This document shows positions 21,770 to 34,083 of a stretch of DNA of 45,667 nucleotides, in pieces. Position numbers and translations under genes: made by a program. The notes beneath the pieces are model-generated. The model had not been told where the DNA came from and did no database searches. It saw nothing but the letters and a program-made list of their open reading frames with translations. Where the stretch lies: NCBI RefSeq assembly GCF_004010195.1, contig NC_057750.1, positions 13,677,516 through 13,723,182 of the forward strand, read 5' to 3'. Within the stretch, counting starts at the first letter, position 1, and every line of letters begins with the position of its first letter. The stretch is from Chiloscyllium plagiosum. Taxonomy: Eukaryota.

Positions 21770-22715
21770 TTTGTGTAAACGATGCGGATGAGATTATAGG
21801 AGCTCTGGTGAGTAGGCTTGGGGATGGCACCAACATTAATGGCACAGTGGCCAGGGGAGAAGGTAAGCTAAGATTAGAACGCGACCTTGATCAACTGGCG
21901 ATCAGATACCACCAGACCTGCTGAGCTTTTCCAGCAATTTCTGCTTCTGTCGTGGAAAAAAACCAGGTAATCCTGTCCCACCAAGCCCCAAACCACTCAA
22001 TGTGGCTCTGTGTTATACTTCTACTTTACAATGTGAAGGTAAATCACCTTTAACAGGGTAAAGGAAGATATTCCGTTACCACTGAGGAAAGGCAGATGAA
22101 GTTTAAGATGGATCGATGCGAAATGTTACATTTTGGTAAGACAAACGAGGGCACAACTTATTGGGAAGTGTTGTCGAGCAGGGGTGCAAGGATATGATTC
22201 TTTGAAAGTTGCATCACGGGTAGACAGGCTGGTGAAGAAGGCATTTGGTACGTTTGCCATCATTGGTCAGTGCGTTGAGTATCGGAGTTGGGAGGTCATG
22301 CTGCGGCTGTACAGGACATTGGTGAGGCCACGTTTGGAATATTGTGTGCGATTCTGGTCACCCTACTACGGGAAGGATATAATTAAATTGGAGAGGGATC
22401 CGAAAAGATTTCCGATGATGCTGTCAGGAATGGAGGGCTTGAGTTATGAAAATAGACTGGGACTTTTTCTCCCAGCAGTGTAGCAGGCTGAGGGATAACC
22501 CCAGCTTATAAAATCACGAGGGACATAGATTAGATCAGCAGGGTCTTTTCCATCAGATGGGGGAGTTTTAAAAGCAAGGGACATATTTTGACAATGAGAG
22601 GAGTAAGATTTAAGTGTAAGAACGGAGGGGCAACATTTGATTTGAGAGGTCCACATGTGGAATGAGCTGTCGGAGCAAGTAGTGGAGGCAGTTACCATTG
22701 CAACATTTCAAAGAC
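21770..22715 (+). mobile_element. Older CR1 LINE ORF2 fragments
   Basis: LYRTLVRPRLEYCVRFWSPYYGKDIIKLER; interrupted at ~21900-22085. Confidence 0.82.
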
Positions 22716-22719
22716 AGGT

Positions 22720-23088
22720 ATCTCAGTGGTTAGCACTGCTGCCTCACAGCACCAGGGTCCCAGGTTCGATTCCAGCCTCGGGCAACTGTCTGTGTGGAGA
22801 TGCGGGGAGAACGTGCAAGCTCCACACAGGCGGTCGCCCGAGGCTGTAATCGAACCCGGGTCCCTGAGGGGCAGCGGGGCTAACCACTCAGCCACTGTGA
22901 TGCCCCTCATTTCCCTGTATCTTCCTCCGTGTGCCCTGGTTTCCGCCCACAGTCCAAAGGGGGGCAGGTGAGATGGATTGGCCATGGGAAATATAGGGTT
23001 ACGGGGATAGGTTGGGATGGTCTTTGAAGAGTTGGTACAGACTTGATGGGTTGATTGGCCTCTAACTGCACTGTAGAGATTCTATGAC
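22720..23088 (+). mobile_element. HE1 SINE containing an inverted second SINE head (~22803-22905)
   Basis: Forward head 22720-22799, then the reverse-complement head, then the forward V-domain and tail. Confidence 0.8.
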
Positions 23089-23934
23089 TCCAACCCACAG
23101 CAATGTGGTTTGATCTCAACTGCCCTCTGAAATAGGCCAGCAGACCTTTCAGTTTGAGGCCAATTAGAATGAGCTTTATTGTCACATGAATACAGTGAAA
23201 AGTTTACAAGTCACCTTGGATACTTGGTACCTGATGAAGAGCTTCTGTTTCAAACGTCGACTCTCCTGCTCCTTGGATGCTGCCTGACCTGCTTTTCCAG
23301 CACCACACTCTTCGACTACTGCAGATTCTTCAATACAAATTCTGAGGGAAAATAAATTAGACGATAAATAAAAAGTGAAGAATAACAGACCTTCCAGCTG
23401 GTACCTAGCCTCCAGAGAGGGCCAGCAATGTCAGTAATGTCCCCATGGCCATGAAAGAGGAATAAATGTGTATCTGAGAATTGTAAGGCCGTGATGACTG
23501 TCCTTCCTTGCCTCAGAGCAGCGTTTCAATGCGAATACTCTGTCTCGGCCCTCATTTTTATTGACTGAACATGAGGCCTGTCAGCACAGGGCTTTCTTGT
23601 ACAGGGATACCTCTTGTAAGTCCGAGGTGATGAACGAAGCAGCACACATCAGTGAGTCCACATTCCCTCTTCCCTCCAGCCTTTTGTAGCTGACCATGTT
23701 TTGTCCAACTGGTGCCACACCAGCCTGGGCATTGCCAGTCTGATCAGGACTCATTCCACTGTCGCCTTACTTATCCCCCCGGGTATTCAGAGAATATTTG
23801 ATTCTGCGACTTAGAAGAGAGATGATCAAGCCATTACCAGGCAATTGAATGCGGACATAATGGAGAGGCGACTTGGGAACAGGTAATGAGTTTGAACTAA
23901 GGTTGCTCTGAAAGGAAAAAGCTTTTTATGAATT

Positions 23935-24170
23935 TACTCGAAGGATGTGGACATCGCTGGCTGGCAGGGAAGTTTACTGCCCGTCCCTAGTTGCCCCTTG
24001 AGAAGGTGAGGATGAGTTGCCTTCTTGAACCGCTGCAGTCTACCTGCAGTGGGTTGACCCACAATGCCCTGAGGGAGGGAATTCCAGGATTTTGATCCAG
24101 TGACACTGAAGGAATGCCGATATATTTCCAAGTCGGGATGGTGAGTGGTGGTGGAGGGCAACTTGCAGGG
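23935..24170 (-). mobile_element. 3' end of the second LINE family or its partner SINE tail
   Basis: GCCCGTCCCTAGTTGCCCCTTGAGAAGG..CTTCTTGAACCGCTGCAGTC; copies at ~15500-15640 (+), 20210-20345 (+), 32450-32735 (-) and 42405-42580 (-). Confidence 0.75.
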
Positions 24171-24922
24171 AGTGAGGGCAGGACTTATACACTTAATGAT
24201 AGGGCCCTGGGGAGTGTTGCTGAACGATGAGACCTTGGGGTGCAGGTTCATAGCTCCTTGAAAGTGGAGCACAGGTAAACGAGGTGGTGTAGAAGGCGTT
24301 TGGTAACTTGCTTTTATTGGTCAGTGCGTTGAATATAGGTGTTGGAAAAACATGGTGCGGCTGTACAGGACATTGGCTAGGCACTTGTGGAATAATGTGT
24401 TCAATTCTGGTCTCCCTGCTATTGGCAAGATGCTATGAAACTTGAAAGGGTTCAGAAAAGATTCACAAGGATGTTGCCAGGTTGGAGGGTTTGAGCTACA
24501 GGGAGAGGCTGAACAGGCTGGGGCTGTTTTCCCTGGAGTGTCGGAGGCTGAGGGGTAATCTTATAGAGTTTTATAAAATCATGAGGGGCATGGATAGGGT
24601 AAATAGACAAGGCCTTTTCCCTGGGGTGGGGGAGTCCTCACCATAGGTTTAAGGTGAGAGGGGAAAGATTTGAAAGGAAGCTAAGGGGCAACTTTTTCAT
24701 GCAGAGGGTGGTACGTGCCTGGAATGAGCTGCCAGAGGAAGTGGTGGAGGCTGGTACAATTGCAACATTTAAAAGGCATCTGGATGGGGACATGAATGGG
24801 AAGGGTTTAGAGGGATATGGGCCAAATGCTGGCAACTGGGACTAGATTAATTTAGGATATCTGGTCGGCATGGACGAGTTAGATCAAATGGTCTGTTTCC
24901 TTGCTGTACATCTCTATGACTC
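24170..24922 (+). mobile_element. CR1/HER1 LINE 3' end
   Basis: RGERFERKLRGNFFMQRVVRAWNELPEEVVEAG; CTCTATGACTC tail. Confidence 0.92.
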
Positions 24923-27114
24923 GATGGTTTTGGCATGTAACTGCTGCCCTTGTCCTTCCAGCTTGATCTGGTCATGGGTTTGGAAGGTTCTGTGTGGGAA
25001 CATCTGGTGAATTTCTGTGGCGCGTCTTGTGGGCAAAAGTTCAGATTGCAAGTCGCAGTTGGATTGGATTCCTGATTAACTTGCAGAACTCGGAGCCAGT
25101 TCAAAGCACCTTGGGCGCCCAACTCTTCACCTGAAACTCTCAGCTTAGGCTTGGTGGTCTTATCAGTGGGCTATTAAATCCAGCGACCCAGGTAATATTC
25201 TGGGGAGCTGGGTTCGAATCCCTGTGGGACTTGAATTCAATCCGAAATATCTGCAATTAAGAGTCTAATGATGACAATAAAAGCACTGCTGATTCATCAG
25301 GAATAAATCCATCTGGTTCCCATTCAGGAAAGAAATTGCTGTACTTACACAGTCCAGCTTGTATGTGACTCACAAGGAGTAGGCCTCTGGCCTGTTGAAC
25401 CTGCCCTGCCTATTAAGTAAGATCGTGGCTGATCCTTTTGTGGACTCATCTCCACTTACCCGCTCGCTCACCATAACCCTTAATTCCTTTACTGTTCAAA
25501 AATATATCTATCTTTGCCCTCACAACATTCAACAAGGTGGCCTCAGAGGATTCCACAGACTTGGGTGAATAAGTTCCTCCCCGGTTCAGTCCTGAATCTG
25601 CTCCCCCCTCATTTTGAGGCCGTGTACCCTTTGCTCTAGTTTCACCCACCAACGGAAACAACCTTCCCTGCTTCGATCTTCACCATTCCCGTCATCGTTT
25701 TATATGTTTCGATGAGATCGCTCCCTCATTCCTCGAATGAGTATAGTCCCTCAACCTTGAGGCTCGAGACCCAGTGTGGGTGATTCGCAACTGCGCTCTG
25801 AACGAGTAGGGACCAGCCAGCAACACCCATATCCCGTGAATGAATGAAAAATACATCCTCAACACTGTGTGGCTGTGTAAAGGGGTTGGTGCCTGTCATA
25901 GCTGTAATCTCAATACCTTGTCAATTAACACCAGCTAATTCCACGAAAGGCAAAGTTGGGAACAGAAATCATTTTCACGTAACTGCCTCCTTGTTTTAAT
26001 GAGAGTTTGTCAGTGTTTCTGTGTCCCTGAGACAGTTTAATTCAGATATGCACAGCGTTTACTCATTTGCTGTGTGTCACATCTAATGCCAATAGTCGGA
26101 ATATCTCTGGTCCAGGAATCCAGAGGCTAAAGTTGCGGTGGACGTACGTCTGAAGCCTGGTCACTTGGCCGATTTGAGCAAAGCACGATCCCACATTTAG
26201 TCACGCGGTAATGACCAGATCATCCTTCTTAGAAAATCAAATCTAATCGAACCTTGTCGGACTTTTGAGGGGCTTCACCGAGTAAATGCTGAGAGGATGT
26301 TTCCCCTCATGGGAGAGTGTATGACCAGAGGGCACAGTCGCAGGATAAAGGGGTATCAATCTGAGGCTGAGATGAGGAGGGATTTCTTGTCTCTGAGGAT
26401 TGAGAGTCTTGGAACCCCTTTACAGTGAGAGCTGTGGGGGCAGAGTCCGTGTGTACGTGGGGGCAGATTCTCGATCAATAGGAGAATAGGGGGTTACAGA
26501 CAGAGTGGACATGAGGAATGTCGGATCATCCTCTCGAATGGACTAGAGGGGCCAAATGGCCTACTCCTGATCCTATTCCTGCTGGTCTTACAAATAAATA
26601 TTCTCTGAACATTCCCGGGGGAAACACAGACAGCAAAAGCGGAATATTCTGGAAGTTGGAAATCTGAACCAAACGCAGAGAGTGCTGGAGAAACTCAGCA
26701 GGTCTGGCAGTGTCTGTGGAGAGAAAGAGAGTCAAAGTTTAGTGTCTCGAGTCCAGCGTGACTGGGCTTTGGGAAAGCGATGGGTTTTATGTTGTAGCGA
26801 AAGGCAAGGGGAGAGAAAATGGAGCGAAAGGGAAGGTTTAAAGGAGAAGGCGATGATGGTATGATGTAGTAAAGGGGTAACCGCCTCCTGTTGTTCATCA
26901 ACTGGTATTGCCTTATCAGCAAGGTGCACCTCTGGCAGGGCAGCACTCCCCCAGCGCTGCACTGTCTTGTCAACTGAGCTGAAATAACCCCATGATCTTC
27001 TGAGTCCAGGGTACGATGGGTGTCCCTCATCTCCCTGATGAGTGAAGTGAAGCCAGTTAAATGAAAGGATTTATAGCATTGGAATCAATGCCTAATGGAT
27101 AATCTGGGGAAATG

Positions 27115-27390
27115 ACACCTCTCCGAAAGCTAGTGCTTCCAATTAAATCTGTTGGACTATAACCTGGTGTTGTGTGATTTTTAGCTGAAAGTGTGATTTT
27201 TAGCTGAACCCTTCTTCAGGCTCATGCCCGAAACGTCGATTCTCCTGCTCCTTGGATGCTGCCTGACCTGCTGCGCTTTTCCAGCAACACATTTTCAGCT
27301 CTGATCTCCAGCATCTGCAGTCCTCACTTTCTCCTTGTGTGATTTTTTAACTTTGTACAGCCCAGTCCAACACCGGCGTCTCCAAATCAT
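27115..27390 (+). mobile_element. PLE terminal repeat (third family) with a nested first-family PLE end
   Basis: CCGAAAGCTAGTGCTTCCAATTAAATCTGTTGGACTATAACCTGGTG is split by an insert bounded by TTGTGTGATTTTT (27170-27182, 27335-27347). Confidence 0.72.
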
Positions 27391-27609
27391 GAGTGTTTTA
27401 CAGAATTGTGCAAAGCTGCCACCTAGTGTCTGTCTCGAGTGAAGCAGTTTACTTATGCTTGGTTCAGCTTCCCAGAAATTCCCTTCCTTCCCCTCAATGG
27501 TGCGACACGCTTGTTCCCATGGCGACATCCCTGAAGTATGTCATGAGAAAGCTGAGCTTTGCCGATCAGGAAACCCTTTCCCCACCGTCTGCTATAGGCG
27601 AACTAGAAA

Positions 27610-28400
27610 GAGTCATAGAATCAGGTCCAACCGACCCTTTAGGGCGCATCCCACTCACACTCAGCCCCCGACCCTATCCCTGTAATTTCCCATGGCTAGC
27701 CCACCCAAACTGCACATCCCCAGGAACTAAGGATGCTTTAGCACGGCCAATCCACCCCATCCTGCACATCTTTGGACTGTGGGAGGAAACCGGAGCACCC
27801 GGAGGAAACCCACGCAGACACGGGGAGAATGTGCAAACTCCACACAGACAGTTGCCCGAGACTGGAATCGAACCTGGGTCCCTAGTGCTGGGAGGCAGCA
27901 GTGCTAACCACTGAGCCTCCAAGTCAGAAGCAGGAATCTGCCCAGTGCATCATGATGAAGTTTAGAAAGCAACTAATCTCTCAACTGAGGGAATGGAGAT
28001 TCATTTACTCATTTAGATTCTCTACAGTGTGTAAACAGCCCAACAAGTCCACACCGACCCTCCAAAGATTAACCCACCCAGACCAATTCCCCTACCCTAT
28101 GTTTGCTAATGCACCTAACACTATGGGGCAATTTAGCATGGCCAATCCACCTGACCTGCACATCTTTGGACTGTGGGAGGAAACCCACACAGACACGGGG
28201 CAAACGTGCAAATGCCACACAGACAGTCGCCTGAGGCAGGAATCGAACCCAGGACCCTGGGGCTGTGAGGCAGCAGTGCTAACCACTGAGCCACCTGCTT
28301 AAAGACAACGCAGCTGAACCTGTGTCCCACAGTCTAAAGATGTGCAGGTCAGGTGGATTGGCCATGTTAAGTTACCCAGAGTGTTAGGTGCATTAGTAAG
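27610..28400 (-). mobile_element. Two HE1 SINEs (27610-27920, 28012-28297) plus a short plus-strand piece
   Basis: V-domain and head motifs. Confidence 0.88.
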
Positions 28401-28834
28401 GTGCTGACGTGTGGTCAGTTCTGACATGTTAACACTGCGTGCTTCCCACAGAGTTTCTGCAGCAATTTCTGTTGTTGTTGCTGATCTCCAGCACACACCA
28501 GCTCCCTGTTTTATTCCGTTGAGCTGCTGTGTTGGTTTTTGTAGGTGGGAACCTCTGCTATTTTGTTATGTAATGGGATTAACCTTTAAGCTCATCATTC
28601 CCACTGTCAAAGGGGCAGATTTAGGATTTGACTCTCGCTTTGGTGATTATATTTGTCAGGTAGAGCAGTGTGTTGTTGGAGCTGCCCCCATCCAGGGGCA
28701 AGTGGGGAGTATTCCCTCACACTCCTGACTCATGCCTTGTAGATGGTGGACAGGCTTTGGGGAGTCAGGAGGGGAGTTACTCGCTGCAGGATTCCCAGTC
28801 TCTAACATGATCTTGTAGCCACTATAGTTATATA

Positions 28835-29635
28835 GTGGCGCTGTGGCTGGCACTGTTGCCTCTCAGTGCCAGGGACCTGGGTTCATTTCTAGCCTCGGGC
28901 GACTGTCTGTGTGGAGTTTGCACATTCCCCCTGTGTCTGCGTGGGTTTCCTCCCCCTCCCACAGTCCAAAGATGTATAGGTTAGGGTGAATTGACCATGC
29001 TAAATTATCCCATAGTACTGGGTGCGTTAGTCAGGGGTAAATATAAGGTAGGGGAATGGGTCTGGGCAGGTTACTCTCCGGAGGGTTGGTGTGGCCTTGT
29101 TGGGCTGAAGGGCCTGTTACCACCCTGTCGCGAATCCAATATGGCTAGTCCTATTTAGCTTCTGGTCAATACTAACTCTGGGATGTTAACCGTGGGCATT
29201 CAATGATGGTAACACCATTGAATGTTGAGGCAAGATTATAGAATCCTTACAATGTGGAAAGGAGCTATCTGGCCCAGTGAGATGGCAACACTGAAGAGCA
29301 TCCCATCCCTGTAACCCACCTAGACTGGACACTATGGGCAATTTAGCATGGCCATTCCACCCTAACCTGCCCATCCTTGGACCCACCGCGTCAGGGACCT
29401 GGTTTCGATTCCAGCCTCGGGCGACTGCTTGTGTAGAGTTTGCACGTTCTCCCCATGTCTGTCTGGGTTTCCTCCCACAGTCCAAAGACGTGCAGGTCAG
29501 GTGGGTCAGCCATTGAGAAAGCAAGGTTATAGGAATAGGATGGGGAGGGGTTGGGTCTGGGTAGGTTGCTCTTCAGAGGGTCAGTGCGGATGCAATGGGC
29601 CGAATGGTCTGTTTCCAGTCTGTAGGGATTCTATG
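28835..29635 (+). mobile_element. HE1 SINEs (28835-29138 +; 29238-29380 - tail; 29385-29635 +)
   Basis: V-domain and tail motifs. Confidence 0.82.
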
Positions 29636-29954
29636 GTGCCAAGTGGAGCGTTTTAAGGAGCGGAGAGGTGTGGATTGGAAGCTGTGGAGGTATTGGCCCT
29701 GAGTCAGGTATAGGAGGCCAGAATTAGACCAGGAGAGAAGGCAGTTACCAGGCCTCTGACTGACAGAGCGAAGGTCAGGCGAACAAATCGAAAATACTCC
29801 CCAATTAAAATCAGGGACGGATGCTGAGATTTGTTTACCACGTTTCTGCTGCAGGTTGCCGCTATATTTCAGTTGTTGGGTGTGGCCCTGCCCTTCAGCG
29901 TCTTCATCAAGGGACATGTTCTTGAGAGGCAAGAACAAGGAGGGAGTGGGAAAC

Positions 29955-30258
29955 GCTGGGGTCACTGCCTATTGTTGGGGTCACTGTCCATTTCTGTCCA
30001 GAGCAGGGGTCACTGTCCAGTGCTGGGATTACCAGTCAGAGCTGGGGTCACAGGGCAGAGCTGGGGTCATAGGTTGGAGTTGGGGTCACAGGTCAGAGCT
30101 GGGGTCATAGGTCAGAGCTGGGGTCACAGGTCAGAACTGGGGTTACTGGTCAGAACTGCAGTCATAGGTCAGAGCAGGGTCACTGTCCAGTGCTGGGGTT
30201 ACCAGTCAGAACTGGGGTCACAGGTCAGAGCTGGGGTCACAGGTCAGAGCAGGACTCA
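29955..30258 (+). repeat. 19-bp minisatellite (GGTCAGAGCTGGGGTCACA)n
   Basis: About 15 diverged tandem units running into an HE1 SINE (30255-30575). Confidence 0.92.
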
Positions 30259-31057
30259 CAGCACCAGAGACCTGAGTTTGATTCCCACCTTGGGCGACTG
30301 TCTGTGTGGTGTTTGCACATTCTCCCCGCGTCTGTGTGGGTTTCCTCCGGGTGCTCCGGTTTCCTCCCACTGACCAAAGATGGCAAGTTAGGGTGGATGG
30401 GCCATGGGAATTTACCCATAGTGCCCAGGGATGTGCACGCCAGGTGGGTTAGCCATGGGAAGTGCAGGGTTACAGGTATGGGGTAGGAGGATGGGTCTGG
30501 GTGGGGTGCTGTTCGGAGGGTTGGTGTGGACTTGATGGGGCAAATGGCCTGTTTCCACATTGATGGGATTCTAAATTGGTTCCCATCATTTCTAAGCCTG
30601 CGATAACCTGTAGTGCCCTTGCTGAATGACTGATTCATTGTGATTTTATCCCCAGATAAGGACTGACATCCTCACACCGCTTTTCATTCCCCAGGGACAT
30701 CCCTAAACACCATGCAGCCAATGGTATATGTCTGAGATGTAGGAAACGTGGGTGCCAATTGTGCACAGCAAGATCCCACGAGCAGCAATCTAATAATCTG
30801 CGCCAGTGAGAGCCCCCCCTGCACTTTTAGAATAATCTGGTAGGACCTTTATGTTAGGAAACATCGCCATGCCAACAGGGCCTTACTGGGAGGGGCAGCC
30901 TGAAGATGACGGGATGTCGATTTAACATCTCAAAATGGCGCCTTCAACAATGCAACACTCCCACCGTACTGTTCCAGATTGAGGACTCAATCAATCGAAA
31001 TTTTGTTTGTAAGATCTGGGAGATTTTACAGACCAGTAGAAAGGCTGCCTGCATACA

Positions 31058-31795
31058 GTCATAGAGATGTACAGCACGGGAACAATCCTCCAGTCCAACC
31101 AGTCCATGCTGACCAGATATCCTAAATTAATCTAGTCTCATTTGCGAGCATTTGGCCCATATCCCTCTAAACCCTTCCCATTCATGTCCCCATCCAGATG
31201 CCTTTCAAATGCTGTAATTGTACCAGCCTCCACCACTTCCTCTGGCAGCTCATTCCATACACGTACCACCCTCTGGGTGAAAAAGTTGCCCCTCAGGTCC
31301 CTTTTATATCTTTCTCCTCTCACCCTAAACCTATGCCCCTCTAGTTCTGGACTCCCCCACCCCAGGAAAAAGGCCTTGTCTGTTCACCCTATCCGTGCCC
31401 CTCATGATTTTCATACACCTCTATAAGGTCACCCCTCAGCCTCCGACGCTCCAGAGAAAAAAGCCCCAGCCTGTTCAATCTTTCCCTGGCAACATCCTTG
31501 TAAACGTTTCCTGAACCCTTTCAAGTTTCACAACATCCTTCCTATAGCAGGGAGACCAGAATTGCACACAGTGTTCCACAAGTGACTTAACTAATGTCCC
31601 GTACAGCCGCAACATGAAGTCCCAACTCCTATATTCAATGCACTGACCAATAAAAGCAAGCATACCAAACTACTTTGTCTCCCTGTACTGCCACTTTCAA
31701 GGAGCTATGAACCTGCACCCCAAGGTCTCTTTGTTCAGCAACACTCCCCAGGTCCTTACCATTAGGTGTACAAGTCCTGCCCTGATTTGCCCTCC
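31058..31795 (-). mobile_element. CR1/HER1 LINE 3' end
   Basis: Minus-strand ORFs 31138-31323 and 31475-31663 encode the CR1 ORF2 C-terminus. Confidence 0.92.
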
Positions 31796-31859
31796 CTGTG
31801 AACCCTGTGCATTGGGAGAGAATGGGCAAGGATTTGGTTCTTTATTCATGCGGATGTAA

Positions 31860-32040
31860 CAGCTCGCTACCAATCTTTGATCATTGCGTCCAGTCCAGCA
31901 ACACCCGGTCGCTTTAACTGATAAACGTCAGGGTCTCCGCTGGGTTTCAGAGAATCGTCATGGTTACCAAGAGTCCAGTGCACACAGGAAGGAAGTGTAT
32001 CACATAACCGGACACTGTAACAGGAAACACATTTTGAGAA
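31860..32040. promoter_or_regulatory. Candidate endothelial/haematopoietic-type enhancer
   Basis: CTTTGATC (31875), CTGATAA (31918), ACAGGAAGGAAGTG (31984-31997) and TAACAGGAAAC (32018-32028) in repeat-free DNA. Confidence 0.35.
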
Positions 32041-33167
32041 AGCAAGTCCCAGACCTCATGAGAAGTTGCCACATCCATTTTTTTTCCAGTTCTTTTCCCC
32101 TCAGAGACAATATAATCTAAGCGAAGGAAGACAAGGAGTGATATCTGTCACGGGGTGCTGACTGGTTGGGGAGGAACCTGTGGTACCCTGTTGCCCGTTG
32201 AGATTGTGTTAGTATGAGGTTCCTTCTGCACTGCCCAGGCCATCTTTTTCTGCACTGTCGACTCCGCAAATTCCCCAACGTGTTGCCTCAAACTGCAAAC
32301 CGGCCAGACGGTCCAAATTGACCGACTTGGAGTACAATGACGCCACACCCTTTCCACAGAAGGTGATGTCTACACCCTTCCCCCTCCAGTGAGACCACCT
32401 TCCCTTTCTCCAACCAACAGGACATTTCTTTGTTTAATCACAGGGCGTGGACCAGCCCCTATTGCCCCGTCCCTAGTTGCCCCCTTGAGAAGGCGGGGGG
32501 TGAGCTGCCTTCTTGAACCGCTGCAGTCCATGTGCTGTGGGTTGTCCCACAATGCCCTGAGGGAGAGAATTCCAGGATTCTGACCCAGCGACACTGCGAT
32601 ATATTTCCAAGCCGGGATGGTGAGTGGCACGGAGGGGAACTTGCGGGGGGGGGGGGGGGCGGTGTTCCCATGGATCTGCTGCCCTTGTCCTTCCAGAGGT
32701 TAGAGGTCATGGGTTCGGAAGATGTTTCTTGAGGGCAGTTCGGGAGGGGCACTAAATGTCAATGCCTTAAGGAATTAAGAAAGAGAAATCCTAAGGCTAA
32801 GTCCAACTGTCCCCTGGGTCTCTTTGCCCAGGATAAGCTACATAAGGGGAGAGCCCTCCCTCGAGTTCGGCTCCACCTCTGACCTCACCGGGTCACTGAA
32901 GCAATCTTTTGGTGACCGTCCAAGTCCACTGCTGTGGGACCTTCTGTACCAGACCCAGCAGCTCCAGCCGCAGTTCAAGCATGGAGCCGTCTTTGTCCAC
33001 TTGACCTGCCTGATGCCCCCAATCAGCTCAGCCACCATGGTCGACTCACTATCCTTTCTCCAGGGGGTCACTAGCAGGTGGGTTAATAGCCTCCTGGGCC
33101 AATGGAGGTGAGGTATGCTCACCAGAGCAGATTCTCCATGAGGATTGGGTATTTTATGTTGCACTTG

Positions 33168-33810
33168 GGGAGACGGTGCTGTGGCGGTAATGTTCCTGGA
33201 CAAGTAATCCATTAGCACACGGGTTCAAATCCCACACCAGAAACTGGTACAATTCAAAATCAGTTCATGAAACGTGGAACTGAAATCTAAAGGGTTGATT
33301 GGTGGTAAAACCCCATCTGGTTCCCAATTGGCCAGAGTGGTATTATCGCTGAACTGTTAATCCACATACCCAGGTAACATTCTGGGGGGACCTGGGTTCA
33401 AATCCCAACATGGCAGGTAGTGGAATTGGAATGGAATAAAAATCTGGCATTTGGAGTCTCATGGTGGCTCTGATGTCGATTGTTGGGAAAAACCCATCCG
33501 GTTCACTCAGGGAAGGGTCTGGCCTACATGTGATCCAGACCCACAGCGATGTGTTTGACTCTTAACTGCCCCCTGGCCAATAAATGCAGTGATGACCTCA
33601 TCCCATGAATGAATAATAGGAAATTTTGGGAACACTACCTTCCTCTACCGGTCTGGTCTGCACGTAACTCCAGACCCTCAGTGATGCGGTCGACCCTTAA
33701 CTACCCTCTGAAGTGGGCCTAGCCAGACACTCACTTCAAAGGCAATTAGGGATGGACAACAGATGCTAGCCTTGCCACCAATGCCCTCGTCGTGTGAAAG
33801 ATTGAAGAGA
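33168..33810 (+). mobile_element. Tandem copies of a second tRNA-derived SINE family
   Basis: GGGTTCAAATCCC B-boxes at ~33221 and ~33393, AAAACCCATC(T/C)GGTTC body, and tail shared with the second LINE family; another copy at ~25150-25370. Confidence 0.7.
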
Positions 33811-34083
33811 ATTATTTGGATGCGCAAGGCTACAGGGCAGCAGTTGGAAAGTGGGATCATGGATGTTTGATGGCTGACATAGACTAGATCGGCCAAAGGG
33901 CCATCAGTGAAAACTCTGAGTCTCTCTCAAACTAAATGAGCAGTTCAACATGTCTCCAGTAGTGGGAGGTAGAGGTGCACCACAGAATCTAATGTAATAA
34001 TGGATCACGGGGGGTTGAATTAACTCCACAAGAGGCTGGTATCCTGTCACTAAGTCACTCTATGACTCTATGTGTCTATAGAA

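Noticed and set aside
29831..30373. 180-aa ORF with QSWGHR/VRAGVT repeats
   Set aside because: Translation of the 19-bp minisatellite plus a SINE
32824..33218. Overlapping 95-aa (+) and 126-aa (-) ORFs in unique DNA
   Set aside because: No recognisable domain and no coherent multi-exon ORF; kept only as a possible non-coding exon
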